Origin: Stegostoma tigrinum
Lineage: Eukaryota
Length of the DNA: 64,000 nt
Reading direction: 5' to 3'
NCBI RefSeq assembly: GCF_030684315.1
Contig: NC_081377.1
Location: forward strand, 33,542,001-33,606,000
Positions within the stretch are counted from its first letter, which is position 1, and each line of letters begins with the position of its first letter. Below the pieces are notes generated by a model, which was not told the DNA's origin, ran no database searches, and saw nothing but the letters and a program-made list of their open reading frames with translations. Positions 62,151-64,000 of this stretch are shown one piece after another. Position numbers and translations under genes: made by a program.

Positions 62151-62257
62151 CAATCAGAATCAGGATTGACATGGCACAGTGACTGAGGAAGTAGTAAAAA
62201 TCTGTTTTAGCCTCATCCATTTTTTTCCAGGGTAGGGATGTACGCATTGACTAATGT

Positions 62258-62427
62258 AATAGGAACTGCAGTGGCTGGAGAATCTGAGATAACAAGGTGT
62301 ACAGCTGGATGAACACAGCAGGCCGAGCAGGAAGCCTGACATTGTGGGCCTAGACCCTTCCGTCAGCCTTTCTGCTCCTATGATTCTGTTTGGCCTGCTG
62401 TGTTCATCCAGCTCTACACCTTTATCT
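62258..62427. mobile_element. Fold-back Penelope mini-element in PDIA6 intron 5
   Basis: Inverted termini; TSD CGCATTGACT(A/G)ATGT at 62243 and 62428. Confidence 0.85.
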
Positions 62428-62676
62428 CGCATTGACTGATGTGTTGCTTCTGGGTTAGATCTAGCTGAAGGGTCATAAGGCATTTATTCTAGAGGGGACC
62501 TTGCTGAGACTTGCATCTAGACTTGTTTTTTAAATGACTAATCCATGCAGTCTGCATTCTTCCTCAGACATCCACGTCTGGAATAATATCTGTCACCTGT
62601 CCTAGTCATCCTCATTTACTTGTTTGCTGAGCTGTTCAATTCTTTAGATGTAACTTTTTAACCTTCTTGCTTACAG

Positions 62677-62807
62677 AGCAGTGACAGTGGATCTGGTAAA
62701 AAAGATGTGATCGAATTGACTGATGACACCTTTGACAAAAATGTAATTGGCAGCAGTGACATTTGGATGGTGGAGTTCTATGCACCATGGTGTGGGCACT
62801 GCAAGAG
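62677..62807 (+). CDS. PDIA6: PDIA6 coding exon 6 ([43 protein letters not shown]; second active site); gene continues beyond the window
   Basis: Acceptor ttgcttacag|AGC, donor AG|GTACCC; 131 nt; second WCGHC; the six exons sum to 584 nt in one open frame. Confidence 0.96.
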
Positions 62808-63129
62808 GTACCCAATCACTTTTTGTAAAGTATACTAGGGAGAAAATTGCTATTGTTATACTATTCAGTGTCATACTGAAGTGTTCTGAAGAATTCCAAA
62901 GGGTTAGAGCAGTAAGATTTTGAAGGAATTTTTTAAAGTAAACATGAAGTTGTTAGTATCTTATTGCGTATCATTTTTCAGTAATGAGCACCTGTTCTTC
63001 AGAATTTCTTAACTGCAGTCAGATACTTGTGCTGTGACATGACATTTGATTTCATCACTTTGTTTTCACTTTCAAAGTCTTTTTTTTGTTGATTGATTGT
63101 ATTGATTCAGTAAATAGTCCAGAGATGAG

Positions 63130-63720
63130 GCCATGAAGTATAGGAGAAGAAATAGGCAATTCAGCCCATTCATTCTGCTCTAGTTGATGAGCCCATGACT
63201 GATCAGATAATCCTCTGGTTCACAGTCCTGATGCCCTAATGGATTGGGAACCGGAAGACCAATGCCTCCTAGAATAAAAAGATAGCAGGAAAGAACTCAA
63301 ACAAGCTGAAAAGGTACCAAGAAATGTCTCTGGCAGACAGGATTAAGGAAAATTCCAAGGCCTTTTTATAAATGAGGAGTGAGAGAGTAGGTAGCGAAAG
63401 GTCAGGTCCACTCAAAGACAAAGGAGTGAAATTGTGGAGCTGGAGGAAGTGGGTGAGGTCCCGACATTTGCACTGGTATTCACAAGGGAGAAGGACGTAG
63501 TGAGTCTTGGAAGGAAGATGTTGATGTTCTAAGACATTCTGGATTTTTTTTTAAGATTAAAAAGTGGTGTTGGGGCCTTTGAAAAGCATTAACACATGAG
63601 TCTCCAGGATCAGATGGGACTGCCACAGAATGCTGAGGGAGGCAGGTGAGGAATTTGCTTGGGCCTTCCTTTGTATCCTTTTCAGTCACAAGAAAGGTCC
63701 CAGAAGACGAGAGAATAGCA
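63130..63720. mobile_element. CR1 remnants (short minus-strand tail, then plus-strand ORF2 fragment)
   Basis: LADRIKENSKAF, GPLKDKGVKL, SPGSDG..RMLRE remnants. Confidence 0.6.
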
Positions 63721-63859
63721 TCTTACAAACTTTGGTTTGAGTTTTTTTTGTCATGTCCTCAAAGGTGATTGAGGGCAAGATGACTTTTCGACAAGGTCCT
63801 TCATAATCTGATACAAAAGGTGAAGTCACATGGGAGCCACAGTGAGCTGGATACAGAAA

Positions 63860-64000
63860 CAGTAAGAACTGCAAGTGCTGGAGTCAGAGACAATATAGTG
63901 TGGAGCTGGAGGAACACAGCATGTCAGGCAGCCTTAGAACAACAAGAAAGTTGAAGTTTTTGGCCAGGAGAAGAGTCCTGACCCAAAACATCAACTTTCC
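63860..64000. mobile_element. Penelope terminus (fold-back type) cut by the window edge
   Basis: AGTAAGAACTGCAAGTGCTGGAGTCAGAGA..TGTGGAGCTGGAGGAACACAGCA, then the inverted arm begins at about 63968. Confidence 0.75.

Overview
Vertebrate, repeat-rich genomic DNA. The HE1/V-SINE, CR1 and Penelope repeat landscape points to an elasmobranch (shark); this is inferred from repeats only. Two protein-coding genes lie head-to-head. (1) A complete adenylate kinase 2 gene (AK2) on the minus strand: 6 coding exons, 49034->33457, 726 nt, 241 aa, all introns GT-AG. (2) The first six coding exons of a PDIA6/P5 protein disulfide isomerase on the plus strand: 55366->62807, both WCGHC sites, with the gene running off the right edge. 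Each gene has its own CpG-rich promoter: NRF1/ETS/E-box motifs for AK2, and a perfect ERSE plus a 56-bp degenerate tandem repeat for PDIA6. A third, orphan CpG-rich promoter-like region at about 8.1-9.2 kb and a candidate exon at 1684-1819 suggest the 5' end of an unidentified minus-strand gene whose body lies left of the window. The rest is mostly transposon remains: CR1, L2, RTE and jockey-like LINEs, tRNA-derived SINEs, a hAT/Buster transposase fossil, a probable Harbinger Myb/SANT fossil, and a series of fold-back Penelope-like elements with 15-18 bp target-site duplications that carry minimal hammerhead-ribozyme cores. No CRISPR, rRNA or genuine tRNA genes are visible. Repeat boundaries were read by eye and are approximate; exon boundaries are exact.
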